From: an uncultured Chloroflexia bacterium
GTDB taxonomy: Bacteria > Chloroflexota > Dehalococcoidia > UBA2979
Direction: 5' to 3'
NCBI GenBank assembly: GCA_963728205.1
Contig: CAVSIV010000006.1
Coordinates: 640,001 to 704,000, forward strand
Length of the DNA: 64,000 nt
The notes beneath the pieces were generated by a model, which saw only the letters and a list, made by a program, of their open reading frames with translations, had not been told where the DNA came from and did no database searches. The first letter of the stretch is position 1, and each line of letters begins with the position of its first letter. This document shows, one piece after another, positions 1 to 11,846 of this stretch. The position numbers and the translations under genes were made by a program.

Positions 1-1303
1 CCTCCTGCACGTCGCAGCGGATGACCGCGTGGCGATAGCGGCGGCGCAGCACCCGGGTCAGCGCGCTCGCGAGCTGGCCGACGTCGACCGGTTCGCGCGC
101 GAACGCCATCTGCCCCGTCTCCACGCGCGCCAGGTCCAGGAAGAGGTCGACCGCGAACTGCAGCCGCTCGGCCTCGGACTGCACCATCTCGATGCTGTCG
201 CGCAACGCCTCGCTCACGGCGGGGTCGTGGCGGTGGACGAGCCGGCGCGCACGCTGCGCGAAGCCGACGACGCTCGTCAGCGGCGAGCGCATCTCGTGCG
301 ACGCCACCGAGATGAAGTCGCGCATGCGCGCGTTGAGCATCTGCAGACGGTCCTCGGCACGCCGCTGCTCGGTGATATCAGACGCGAGCAGCCCGACGCC
401 CGCGCCCTCGCCGACCGGCACGGCGTGGGCGACCACGAGCGACCGCGGCGGGTCGGCTCCCGCGGTCGCGATGCCCGTGACCTCGACGCGCACCGAGCCC
501 TCCTCGGCGAGCGCGCGGTGGAATGCCGACTCGAGCTGCCCCCACAACGGCGGACACACGTCGGCCAGCGCCCGTCCGACCTGCGCCGCGGCGGGGTCGC
601 CGCACATGCGTGCGAAGGCGTCGTTGAGGCGAACGAGGCGTCCCTCCGCGTCGAGCACGGCCTTCCCGGCGGGCGAGTTCGTGAACACCGCGTCGAGCAG
701 CGCGCTCACCTCGTTCAGCGACCGCTGGTGCAGGTCGCGCTCGATGGCGTCGGCGGCCGCGCGCGCGTAGAGGTCGAGCAGCTCGAGCTCTTCGTCGCTG
801 AACCGCCGGTGATGGAGGAAGTGCGTGGAGATCACGCCGAGCACGTCGCCGCCGCGTCCGATCATCGGCGTCGACTGCACGGCCAGCACGCCTTCCACCG
901 CCATCACCGCGCGATGCTCCGCGAAGATGGCGTCGGTCGTCACGTCTTCCACGATCACGCGGGCTCGCCGCTGCAGCGCCACGCCGCACGCCGCCTCGTC
1001 GATGACCGACGCGAAGTGCTGCATGAACGGCGCGTCGAACCCGCGCTGCGCGACGATGCGCAGCGACCGTGTGCGTGCGTCGTAGAGCTGCACGTTCCCC
1101 TTGTCGGCGCCGAGCAAGTCGATCGCGGCGTCGAGCACGCTTGCCAGCGTCTCGTTGAGACCGCCCTCGGCGGAGACGAGGCGCTTCGTCAGGTCGTAGA
1201 GCCGGTAGAGGAGGGCCGGGCGGGGCAAATCGGTGGGGACGTCCAAGGGGCGCTCCAGGTCTTTCCCAGACGCGATGGCACGGATGGTCCCCGGCCAACG
1301 CAT
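1..1303 (-). CDS. GAF (+PAS-like) sensor histidine kinase, 3' end beyond the left edge
   Basis: Manual minus-strand translation (absent from the ORF track because no stop lies in the window): GAF segment LDAAIDLLGADKGNVQLYD...AVQSTPMIGRGGDVLGVISTHF and H-box FISVASHEMRSPLTSVVGFA. ATG at 1303 follows an in-frame TAA; the true start may be slightly downstream. Confidence 0.85.
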   Translation of the reverse strand, partial: MRWPGTIRAIASGKDLERPLDVPTDLPRPALLYRLYDLTKRLVSAEGGLNETLASVLDAAIDLLGADKGNVQLYDARTRSLRIVAQRGFDAPFMQHFASVIDEAACGVALQRRARVIVEDVTTDAIFAEHRAVMAVEGVLAVQSTPMIGRGGDVLGVISTHFLHHRRFSDEELELLDLYARAAADAIERDLHQRSLNEVSALLDAVFTNSPAGKAVLDAEGRLVRLNDAFARMCGDPAAAQVGRALADVCPPLWGQLESAFHRALAEEGSVRVEVTGIATAGADPPRSLVVAHAVPVGEGAGVGLLASDITEQRRAEDRLQMLNARMRDFISVASHEMRSPLTSVVGFAQRARRLVHRHDPAVSEALRDSIEMVQSEAERLQFAVDLFLDLARVETGQMAFAREPVDVGQLASALTRVLRRRYRHAVIRCDVQE

Positions 1304-1450
1304 GCATCCGCCAGATTACCGAATAATAAGTCTAGCGATGGCCCGCTATCCGCCAGGTGACACAACGCGCCCCGCTCACTCCCCCCGCGCGTTGCGCCCG
1401 TCCGCGATACTCCACGCCGACCCCTGCACCCCGCCGAGAGGAACGCCCCC

Positions 1451-2266
1451 GTGGAGTACCGCGACCTCGTCCTCACCCGCGACGCCGGCGTCGCGACCGT
1501 CACGCTGAACCGCCCGGAGCGGCTCAACGCGATCAGCGCGAACCTCGTGCACGAGCTGCTCGACGTCGTCGAGACCACCGCGCGCGACGACGACACGCGC
1601 GTCCTCGTGATCACCGGCAACGGGCGCGGCTTCAGCGCCGGCGCCGACCTCGCGGCGACCGCCGAGGAGCGCGACGCCGACCGCGCCCTCGACGAGCGCG
1701 ACGGCTACCGCCGCATGCTGCAGGGGCCGATCGGCCACTGGGGCGTCCTGTACTCCGCGCTCGGCCACTACCCGAAGCCGATGATCGCCGCCGTGAACGG
1801 CGTGGCCGCCGGCGCCGGGCTGTCGCTCGCGCTCGCCGCCGACATGCGCGTCGCCTCGACGCAGGCACGCTTCATCGCGGTCTTCGCGCGGCGCGGCATC
1901 GTGCCCGACACCGGCACGACCTACCACCTCACCCAGTACGTCGGCCGCGCCCGCGCCATCGAGATGATGATGACGGGCGACGAGGTCGACGCGGCGACGG
2001 CGCTGCAGTGGGGCCTCGCGAACCGCGTGGTCGAGCACGACGCGCTGATGACCGAGACGATGGCGCTCGCCCGGCGCCTCGCCGAGGGCCCGAGCGTGAT
2101 GCTCGAGATCACGAAGCGCATCGTGAACGACATCACGCGCGAGGGGCTCGACCGGCAGCTGCAGAACGAGGCGTGGGCCGGCACGCGCGTCGCGCAGTCG
2201 GAGGACGCCGGCGAGGGCCGCGCGTCGTTCCTCGAGGGCCGCGCGCCGAAGTGGAGCGGGCGGTAG
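1451..2266 (+). CDS. Enoyl-CoA hydratase/isomerase (crotonase) family protein
   Basis: TLNRPERLNAI, FSAGADL, PKPMIAAVNGVAAGAGLSLALAADMR, EGRASFLEGR motifs. Confidence 0.93.
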   Translation: MEYRDLVLTRDAGVATVTLNRPERLNAISANLVHELLDVVETTARDDDTRVLVITGNGRGFSAGADLAATAEERDADRALDERDGYRRMLQGPIGHWGVLYSALGHYPKPMIAAVNGVAAGAGLSLALAADMRVASTQARFIAVFARRGIVPDTGTTYHLTQYVGRARAIEMMMTGDEVDAATALQWGLANRVVEHDALMTETMALARRLAEGPSVMLEITKRIVNDITREGLDRQLQNEAWAGTRVAQSEDAGEGRASFLEGRAPKWSGR

Positions 2267-2296
2267 GGGCCCGCCCCGGCCCCCGCCCCGCCCCGT

Positions 2297-2580
2297 CAAG
2301 CGGCGGCAGCATGCCGCCGATGCCGGCCACGGCCGGCGCCGCCCCGCCCCGCCAAGCGGCGGCAGCATGCCGCCGATGCCGGCCACGGCCGGCCCCGCCC
2401 CGTCAAGCGGCGGCAGCATGCCGCCGATGCCGGCCGCGGCCGGCGCCGCCCCGCCCCGCCCCGTCAAGCGGCGGCAGCATGCCGCCGATGCCGGACGCAC
2501 CTCAGCGGCGCCGAATGGGCGCCGGCCCGGGGGCGGCACGCCGCACCCGGTACGGTCGGCGGCATGTCTGCCGCCGCTTG
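2297..2580. repeat. Cluster of REP-like hairpins: 4 direct copies plus 1 inverted copy
   Basis: CAAGCGGCGGCAGCATGCCGCCGATGCCGG at 2297, 2353, 2404 and 2465; inverted copy at 2555-2580; lies between convergent genes. Confidence 0.9.
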
Positions 2581-2620
2581 GGCCTCGCGGCCCATCCGCC
2601 GGCGGGGGCGTCTGCCGCTG

Positions 2621-3481
2621 CTAGGCGGACGTCTCGGGCGGCGTGTACGTCCGCCCCCGCTCCCGGTACTCCTCGACCGTCTTCGTCGCGCCGTACCGCG
2701 GCCCGACGGCCTCGAAGATCGCCTTGCCGTCGTACGGCTCGCCGGCGATGGTCGCCTCGAGCGCGACCAGCACCGCGTGCCAGCCGGGCAGCACCTGCTC
2801 CGACCAGTGCGGCAGCAGCCCCTCGTGGCTGAAGTGCAGGCGCGTGCGCTCGCCGTCGGCCTCGAGGCGGAACGTGATCACCTGCGGCGTGTCGGTCTCG
2901 TCGCGGTTCCACTCGAAGGCGAGCAGCCGCGGCGGGTCCCATGCGGTGATCGGGCCGCCGGGCGGCATCGTGCCGCCGTGCAGCAGGTAGCGCGCGCCGG
3001 GCTCGACGGTGACCGACGCGACGCCCCACCACGCCGCCGCCTCCGCCGGTTCGACGAGCGCGCGCCACACGCGCTCGATCGGCGCGTCGACGACGCGATC
3101 GAAGTCGAGGCGTACCCGGTCGCCGACGGCCGTCTTCGTGCCGAGCCGATCAGTGCGCAGATCCATCGGTCGCTCCCCCGTCTCCGGCTGCTCGACGTGC
3201 TGCTGCAGCGCGTCGAGGCGGTCGGCCCAGAACGCGCGGTAGTCGTCGAGCCACGCCTGCATGTCGCGCAGCGGCGCGGCGCGCAGGCGGTAGATCCGAC
3301 GCTGCCCCTCGCCGCGCCACGCGACCAGCCCGCACTCGCGCAGCACGCGCAGGTGCCGGGAGATCGCCGGGCGCGAGACGTCGAAGGCGCCGGCCACGTC
3401 GCCGGCCGTGCGCTCCCGGTCGCGCAGCAGCGCGAGGATCTCGCGGCGGGTGGGGTCGGCGACGGCCTCGAAGACTTCCAT
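2621..3481 (-). CDS. ArsR/SmtB-family regulator fused in frame to an SRPBCC/AHA1 domain
   Basis: FEAVADPTRREILALL...SRPAISRHLRVLRECGLV (ArsR), then APIERVWRALVEP...WDPPRLLAFEW...GWH (SRPBCC); internal ATG at 3166 preceded by GGGGAG. Confidence 0.88.
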   Translation of the reverse strand: MEVFEAVADPTRREILALLRDRERTAGDVAGAFDVSRPAISRHLRVLRECGLVAWRGEGQRRIYRLRAAPLRDMQAWLDDYRAFWADRLDALQQHVEQPETGERPMDLRTDRLGTKTAVGDRVRLDFDRVVDAPIERVWRALVEPAEAAAWWGVASVTVEPGARYLLHGGTMPPGGPITAWDPPRLLAFEWNRDETDTPQVITFRLEADGERTRLHFSHEGLLPHWSEQVLPGWHAVLVALEATIAGEPYDGKAIFEAVGPRYGATKTVEEYRERGRTYTPPETSA

Positions 3482-3490
3482 GGGCAATGT

Positions 3491-3522
3491 GTAACACGAC
3501 CGTTACGTAACAGACAAGTTAC
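3491..3522. promoter_or_regulatory. Tandem inverted-repeat operator, 2 x GTAAC-N6-GTTAC (probable ArsR autoregulatory site)
   Basis: GTAACACGACCGTTAC directly followed by GTAACAGACAAGTTAC, about 10 nt upstream of the arsR start. Confidence 0.7.
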
Positions 3523-3603
3523 GGTATGGGCGGCCCGGCGGGCCGCACCTCAGCGGCGCCAGATAGGGCGCCGACCCTGGCGGCGGCCGACGGCCGCCAC
3601 GGC

Positions 3604-3680
3604 GGTCGGCGGCGTATCCGCCGCCGCTTGGGCCTGGCGGCCCATCCATCGTCGGCGGCGTGTCTGCCGCCGCTGGGCCT
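3604..3680. repeat. Degenerate REP-like copies
   Basis: GTCGGCGGCGTATCCGCCGCCGCTTGGGCC and GTCGGCGGCGTGTCTGCCGCCGCTGGGCC. Confidence 0.75.
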
Positions 3681-3707
3681 GGCGGCCCATTCACGGTCGA
3701 CGCCCGC

Positions 3708-6047
<2,340 letters not shown>

Positions 6048-6633
6048 CCCTCGCGCTGGTCGCCTCCGCGGCGCGCTTCGGGCGCACCCACCCGCGCAGC
6101 TCGGCCGCGAACATGCGCGCGAACGGCTCGTTGAGCAGCGCCTGCTCGTTGTCGTACCGGCACTCCATCGCGCCCGACCCGTGGGCTCCCCACCCGTACA
6201 GGTCGAGCGGCCCCGGGGCGCCGCCCGGCGCGGGCGCGCGGCGCAGCCGCTCCCACGCGTCGCGTGCGCACAGCACCTGGCCGCCGCGCGCCCCCGCGCA
6301 GAGCGCGTCGACCGCGCCGGCGTCGCCGCCGACGGCGATCGCGACCTGCAGGCGCGCGCCGGCGTGCGCGGGCTCGCGCAGCCCCAGCTGCACCGCGATC
6401 GCCGCCGCGAGCGCGCGGCCGGCGCCGCCGGCGAGCGCGAGCCGCAGCGGCGCGTCGACCCCGTCGCCGCCGGAGCGCTCCGCCGCCGGTGCGGCGGACG
6501 CGATCAGCGCCTCGTGCGCGGCGAGGATCGCCGGGCGCAGCGCCGGGTCGTCGAGCAGTCCCGCGGGATCCTCGTAGCGCAGGGCCAGCCACGCCGGGCC
6601 GCCGGCCGGACGCGCGTCGTCGCCGTTCGTCAT
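6048..6633 (-). CDS. Probable N-terminal part of the patatin gene (degenerate class III cyclase-like region), offset by a frameshift near 6050
   Basis: ATG 6633 (MTNGDD...) reads protein-like through ALAAAIAVQ...LQVAIAVG...ARGGQVLC and EPFARMFAAELRGWV. It has no stop of its own and turns into Arg-rich shadow sequence where the patatin frame begins. Confidence 0.55.
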
Positions 6634-6986
6634 CGCACACGACCCCGATCCACCGCGCGCTCGCGGGCCCGCCGCCCGGCCCGTCCGCCTCCGTGTACGC
6701 GCGGCACACTCACCCACCTCTCGCCACCCTGCGCCCGTCGCCGCCCCGGCATATGGCGGGCCCGATCGCCCGTGCGCGCCCCGTGCGCGCCCCGTCCGCG
6801 CCACTGCCGCGCCCGCCGGCTCGCGACGCGCACCGCGGACGCCTCCCGCCGCTCGCCGGTTGTACTCGCGGCTCGGCGCGCGCGTCCATCCCCGCCGCGG
6901 GCGCGGGCGGCGTGCCGCCCGTTCGGCGGTCGTGTAGCATGCCCCGACGACAAGGGCCGGGCGAACGAATCGGACCGCGCCGCCGC

Positions 6987-8306
6987 ATGCCACCCGAGCC
7001 GCACGACCTCCCGCCGGCACCCGCCTCGCGCGCGACCGCGCCGTACCCCGCGGCCGGCCTCGCCGCGCTGCTCTCGCTGCTCGCACGCCTCGGCGTCGCC
7101 ACGCTGAGCCGCGGCGACCGCGTCGCCGCCTTCGCCGCCTGGGTGCGCGGCCGCCAGGGGCGGCTGCACGCCGGCAACCTCGTCCTCGCACTCGGCCGCC
7201 GGCGCGTGCTGCTCGTCGCCGAGCCCGGCCTCTCGGCGCACGTGCTCGACGCCGCGCCGACCGCCGACGGCTACATCGAGGGGAAGCTGAAGCGCGACGC
7301 GATGGCGTTCCTCGCGCCGCGCGCGCTCACCATCAGCCACGGCGACGCCTGGTACCGCCGCCGCGCCTACAACCAGCAGGTGCTCGCCACCGGCGCCCCG
7401 CACCCGTCGCGCGACGCCTTCCTGCGCCACGTGCGCGACGCCTTCGCCATGCCGGTGCACTCAATCGACGACATCCGCGACCGCATGCGCGCGGTGATGC
7501 TGCGCGTGGTCGCCGGGCCCGGCGCGCCCGACACGCTCGGGACCGACGTCGAGGCGCTGTTCGAGGTCGTCGAGAGCCCGCTGCGCCGCCTGGCGCTGGG
7601 TCGCTTCTCCCGCCGCCGCCGCGCGCGCTTCTACGCGGCGCTGCGGCGCCGTCGCGCGGAGGCCCCGGCGGACACGCTGCTGGGCCGCGCGCGCGAGACC
7701 ACCGCCGGGGAGCTCGAGCCCGACGAGGCGCTCGAGCAGGCGCCGCACTGGATGTTCACGTTCACGGGCTCGGCGACCGACCTGCTCACGCGCACGCTCG
7801 CGCTGCTCGGCTCGCGACCCGACGCCCGCCGCCGCGCCGTCGAGGAGATCCGCGCGGCCGGGCCGCTCGACGACCCCGCCAGCATCGACCGGCTGCGCTA
7901 CCTCGAGGCCTGCGTCCTGGAGGCCGGCCGCCTCTTCCCGCCGGTCGCGCGCACGTTCCACGTCGCGCCGCGCGGCGACGCCTTCGACGGCCACGCCATC
8001 GCGCCCGGCGTCGAGGTCGCGCACTACTTCCCGCTGCTCACGCGCGACGCCGCGCGCGATCCGCGCGCGCACGCGTTCGACCCGGACCGCTGGCTCGCCG
8101 GAGCGCCGCCCGTGCCGCGCGCGGAGGCCGGCCTCTTCCTCAGCGGACCGCGGGCGTGCCCCGGGCGCGACCTCATCCTCTTCGTGATCGAGGCCGCGCT
8201 GGCATCGCTGCTCGCCTTCGACGACCAGCACGCCTACGCCGCGCCGCTCGCCGCCGACCCCGTCCCGCTGACCTTCCCGGCCGGCGCGCTCGCCTTCGCG
8301 CCCTGA
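6987..8306 (+). CDS. Cytochrome P450 with an atypical I-helix
   Basis: ExxR (EAGRLFPPV), FDPDRW, heme ligand FLSGPRACPG, I-helix FTGSATD; TAGCAT -10-like box at 6935. Confidence 0.88.
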   Translation: MPPEPHDLPPAPASRATAPYPAAGLAALLSLLARLGVATLSRGDRVAAFAAWVRGRQGRLHAGNLVLALGRRRVLLVAEPGLSAHVLDAAPTADGYIEGKLKRDAMAFLAPRALTISHGDAWYRRRAYNQQVLATGAPHPSRDAFLRHVRDAFAMPVHSIDDIRDRMRAVMLRVVAGPGAPDTLGTDVEALFEVVESPLRRLALGRFSRRRRARFYAALRRRRAEAPADTLLGRARETTAGELEPDEALEQAPHWMFTFTGSATDLLTRTLALLGSRPDARRRAVEEIRAAGPLDDPASIDRLRYLEACVLEAGRLFPPVARTFHVAPRGDAFDGHAIAPGVEVAHYFPLLTRDAARDPRAHAFDPDRWLAGAPPVPRAEAGLFLSGPRACPGRDLILFVIEAALASLLAFDDQHAYAAPLAADPVPLTFPAGALAFAP

Positions 8307-8357
8307 GCGCCCCCGGCCGTCTCTCGCGAGCACGCGATCTCGACGATTGGAGCCCCG

Positions 8358-8807
8358 ATGACCGAGCCCACGACGCGCACCACGAAGGCGGACCTGCTGC
8401 GCATGACGCAGCGCGCGCTCGACGCGCTCTACCGCGAGACCCCGGCGCCCGGCGCGGTGCCGACGGGCGATACGCGCGGCACGGTCGTCGTCTGTCCGTC
8501 CACGTGGCTGGCCGGCCCCCTGCGCGCGATCTCGCGCCGGCTCGCGTGGCAGGGCAAGGTCTTCAACCCGGCGACCGGGATGCTCGTGAACAAGATCACG
8601 CCGCTCCGCCTCCGCCGGATCCGCGCGAAGGTCTACATCGGCGAGTCATGGCTGGACGGCGCGCCCGCCACGATCATCGACTACTCGCGCACCTCGATCG
8701 TCGCGCGGATGGTCCGCGACGAGGTGCGCGAGGTCGCGCCGCACCTCTGGCTCGGCAAGGTCTTCCTCTGGCGCTGGCACGCGGTCGACTTCCTGCTGGA
8801 GGATTGA
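8358..8807 (+). CDS. Small conserved protein, distantly GXWXG-like
   Basis: GGAG RBS; LDALY...GDTRG...WQGKVF...SWLDG..IIDYS...RDEVREVAPHLWLGK pattern. Confidence 0.75.
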   Translation: MTEPTTRTTKADLLRMTQRALDALYRETPAPGAVPTGDTRGTVVVCPSTWLAGPLRAISRRLAWQGKVFNPATGMLVNKITPLRLRRIRAKVYIGESWLDGAPATIIDYSRTSIVARMVRDEVREVAPHLWLGKVFLWRWHAVDFLLED

Positions 8808-8998
8808 GGCGGGCAAGGCGGGGGCGGGGGGCGAGGCGGGGACGAGGCGGGGGCGAGGCGGGGGCGAGGCGATCCCGTCGCTGCCGCTCCGGGCTCGAAG
8901 CCGGCTCCCACGCCCGGAGCCGGCGGCCGAGCCCGGAGCCGCCCGTCGAGCCCGGAGCGGCAGCGACGGGATTACCCGAGAAAGGCACGACGCACCGC

Positions 8999-10311
8999 AT
9001 GCCGTACCAGCAAGCCGTGACGCTGCGCATGCCGGTCCGCGCGGACCGGCTGGACGCGCTGCGCACCGAGCTCGCCGTGCTGGCCGCCGACCCCGCCGGC
9101 AACGACCGCCTGCCGATCGGCCGGCTGCGCGGCGTCCACTTCGCGCGCTTCGCCGTCATCCCCGGCGCCACCCCGCCCGGCGGCGGCGAGCCGATCGGCG
9201 ACACGCTGATGTGGGCCGCGAGCGTCGACGGCTCGCGCGACGCGCACCTCGCGGACGTCGCGCGCGTCGGCGCGGAGGGGCTCGACCGCGTGCTCGCGCA
9301 CTGCGCCGGCTACCCCGCGCCCGCCGACCGCGACGCGCGCTCGCGCCACGCCTACCTGCGCCGCCACGCGATCCCGACGCAGGCGTTCTACGCGAACTGG
9401 GTCGGGCGCACGGTCGAGCAGGTGCGCGACGAGGCGCGGCTGCGCGAGCGGCTGGAGACGCATGTCGACGAGCAGCGGCGCTGCGGCGCGTGGCACGGGC
9501 GCGGCCCGGCGGCGGTGCACGCCGCGATCCGCGCGCACGTGGCGTCGCAGCCGGCGCTGGCATGGGCGCTGCGACCGGCGTCGCGACCGCCGCTGCTGCG
9601 GCGGGCCGCGCGGCGCGCGCGGTTCCTCGGGCTCGTCGCGCTCGGCGTCGTCGCGTCGCCCGTGCTCGTGCCGGCCGGGCTCGCCGGGCTGCTCGTGATC
9701 CGCTTCAAGGAGTGGCAGGACGCGCGCCACCAGGTCGTCGACCGCCGACTCGTCTGCGCGCCGCGCTCGCCGCGGTCGAGGACCGCGCGGCGCAGAACCA
9801 GTTCACTGCCGTCGGGTTCGTGAAGCCCGGCGTCGTGCGCGCCACCGCCGCGAAGATCGTGCTCTGGCTCACCGGCGAGATCGCCGCCGGCGTCTACACG
9901 CACGGCGACCTGGGCACCGTGCAGCCGCTCGGACTGCACGGCGTCGACACGATCCACTTCGCGCGCTGGGTGAGCATCGACCGGGGCCGGCGCGTCGTGT
10001 TCATGAGCAACTACGACGGGTCGTTCGAGGCCTACATGGACGACTTCATCAACAAGGTCGCCTGGGGCCTCAACGGCGTGTTCAGCCACGGCGTCAACTA
10101 CCCGCCGACGCGCTTCATGGTCTTCGGCGGCGCGCGCGACGAGCAGGCGTTCAAGGCGTTCCTGCGCCACCGCCAGGTGCTCACCGACGTCTGGTACTCG
10201 GCGTACCCGGAGCTGACGGCGGCCAACATCGCGAACAACGCCGCGATCCGCGCGGGGCTTGCGCGCGACCTGGACGACGAGGAGGCGGCGCGATGGCTCC
10301 AGCGCCTGTGA
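8999..10311 (+). CDS. DyP-associated protein with two HFAR motifs and a central TM segment; frameshift near 9745
   Basis: The N-half (frame of ORF 8156..9823) has VHFARF and ASVDGS; the C-half (frame of ORF 9211..10311) has EDRAAQNQFT, TIHFARW and SNYDGSFEAYMDDF. The stop overlaps the DyP GTG. Confidence 0.78.
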
Positions 10312-11846
10312 GCGGCGACGCGCTCGAGCGCGACGACATCCAGGGGCTCGTCGCCCGCGGCTACGGGTCGCTCCCGGCGGCGCGCTACCTGCTGTACCGC
10401 GTGACCGACGCCGCGGGCGCGCGCCGGGCGCTCGCCGCGCTCGCCGCCCGCGTGACCGACGCCGCGACGCGCCCGGAGACGGCCGCCGTCAACGTCGCGC
10501 TCACCGCCGCGGGGCTGGCGGCGCTGGGCGTCGACGAGACGACGCGCGGCACGTTCGCGTTCGAGTTCCGCGAGGGCATGACGGCGCCGCACCGCCGCGT
10601 CTTCCTCGGCGACGTCGGCCCGGACGCGCCCGAGGGCTGGACGTGGGGCGGGCCGGCGCACGCCCCGGTGCACGTCCTCGTCATGCTCTTCGCGCGCGAC
10701 GCCGCCGGGCTCGACGCGCTCGCCGCGGCCATCACCGCCGAGACGCCGCCCGGTGCGCTGGCGCCGGCTGCGGCCCCGCTCGACGCGGGGCTGCTGCTCG
10801 ACCCGGCGACGGGCGCGCTGCGCGAGCACTTCGGCTTCACCGACGGCATCTCGCAGCCCGAGATCGCGGGCATGCGCGACGCCGGCCCGCCGCCGGGCGC
10901 CACCGGCGTGCTGCAGCCGATCCGCGCCGGCGAGTTCGTGCTCGGCTACCCGAACGAGTACGGCCGGCTCACCGATCGTCCGCTGGTCGCCGCGCGGCGC
11001 GACCCGCACGCGCAGCTGCCGGCCGCCGCCGACGCGCCGGGTCAGCGCGACCTCGGCCGCAACGGGACGTACCTCGTCTTCCGGCACCTCGCGCAGCACG
11101 TGCGCCGCTTCTGGCAGACCGTCGACGACGCCGCGCGGGCGGATTCCCTCCCCGGCGCGCGGCAGGCGTCCGAGCCTGCCGTGCTCCCCGCGCCCGCCGC
11201 GGCCGACACCGCCGCCCTCCGCACGCGCCTCGCCGCGAAGCTGGTCGGCCGCTGGCCCGGCGGCGCACCGCTCGTGCGCGCGCCCGACGGCGATGACCCC
11301 GCGCTCGCCACCGAGAACGACTTCGCCTACCACCACGAGGACCCCGACGGCCTCGCCTGCCCGGTCGGCGCCCACGTGCGCCGCACCAACCCGCGCGACG
11401 CGCTCGGCCCCGGCCCCGGCACCGACGCGTCGCTCGTCGTGAACCGGCTGCACCGCATCCTGCGCCGGGGCCGCTCCTTCGGCGCCCCGCTCTCACCGAC
11501 CTTCTCCCCGGACGAGGTGCTCGCCTCCGACGGCGACGACGGGGAACGCGGCCTGTACTTCCTCGCGCTCAACGCGAACCTCGGGCGGCAGTTCGAGTTC
11601 GTCCAGCACACCTGGATCAACAACCCGAAGTTCGGCGACGCGTACGCCGACACCGACCCGCTCGTCGGGACCCGCGAGACCGTCGGCGCCCTCGCGGCCG
11701 GCACCTTCACGATCCCCGAGTCGCCCGTGCGCCGCCGGCTCACGGGGCTGCCGCCGTTCGTCAGCGTGCGCGGCGGGGCGTACTTCTTCCTGCCCGGACT
11801 GCGCGCGCTGCGCTACCTCGCCACGCCGCCGGGTGACGACGCATGA
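10308..11846 (+). CDS. DyP-type (dye-decolorizing) heme peroxidase
   Basis: DIQG, EHFGFTDGISQP (GxxDG), AHVRRTNPRD (proximal His), RILRRG (distal Arg), QFEFVQHTW; GTGA overlap with the upstream gene. Confidence 0.92.
   Translation: MSGDALERDDIQGLVARGYGSLPAARYLLYRVTDAAGARRALAALAARVTDAATRPETAAVNVALTAAGLAALGVDETTRGTFAFEFREGMTAPHRRVFLGDVGPDAPEGWTWGGPAHAPVHVLVMLFARDAAGLDALAAAITAETPPGALAPAAAPLDAGLLLDPATGALREHFGFTDGISQPEIAGMRDAGPPPGATGVLQPIRAGEFVLGYPNEYGRLTDRPLVAARRDPHAQLPAAADAPGQRDLGRNGTYLVFRHLAQHVRRFWQTVDDAARADSLPGARQASEPAVLPAPAAADTAALRTRLAAKLVGRWPGGAPLVRAPDGDDPALATENDFAYHHEDPDGLACPVGAHVRRTNPRDALGPGPGTDASLVVNRLHRILRRGRSFGAPLSPTFSPDEVLASDGDDGERGLYFLALNANLGRQFEFVQHTWINNPKFGDAYADTDPLVGTRETVGALAAGTFTIPESPVRRRLTGLPPFVSVRGGAYFFLPGLRALRYLATPPGDDA

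Noticed and set aside
2297-2495. CRISPR array (palindromic repeats every 51-61 bp)
   Set aside because: The spacers resemble each other, the repeat is dispersed and inverted elsewhere, and there are no cas genes.
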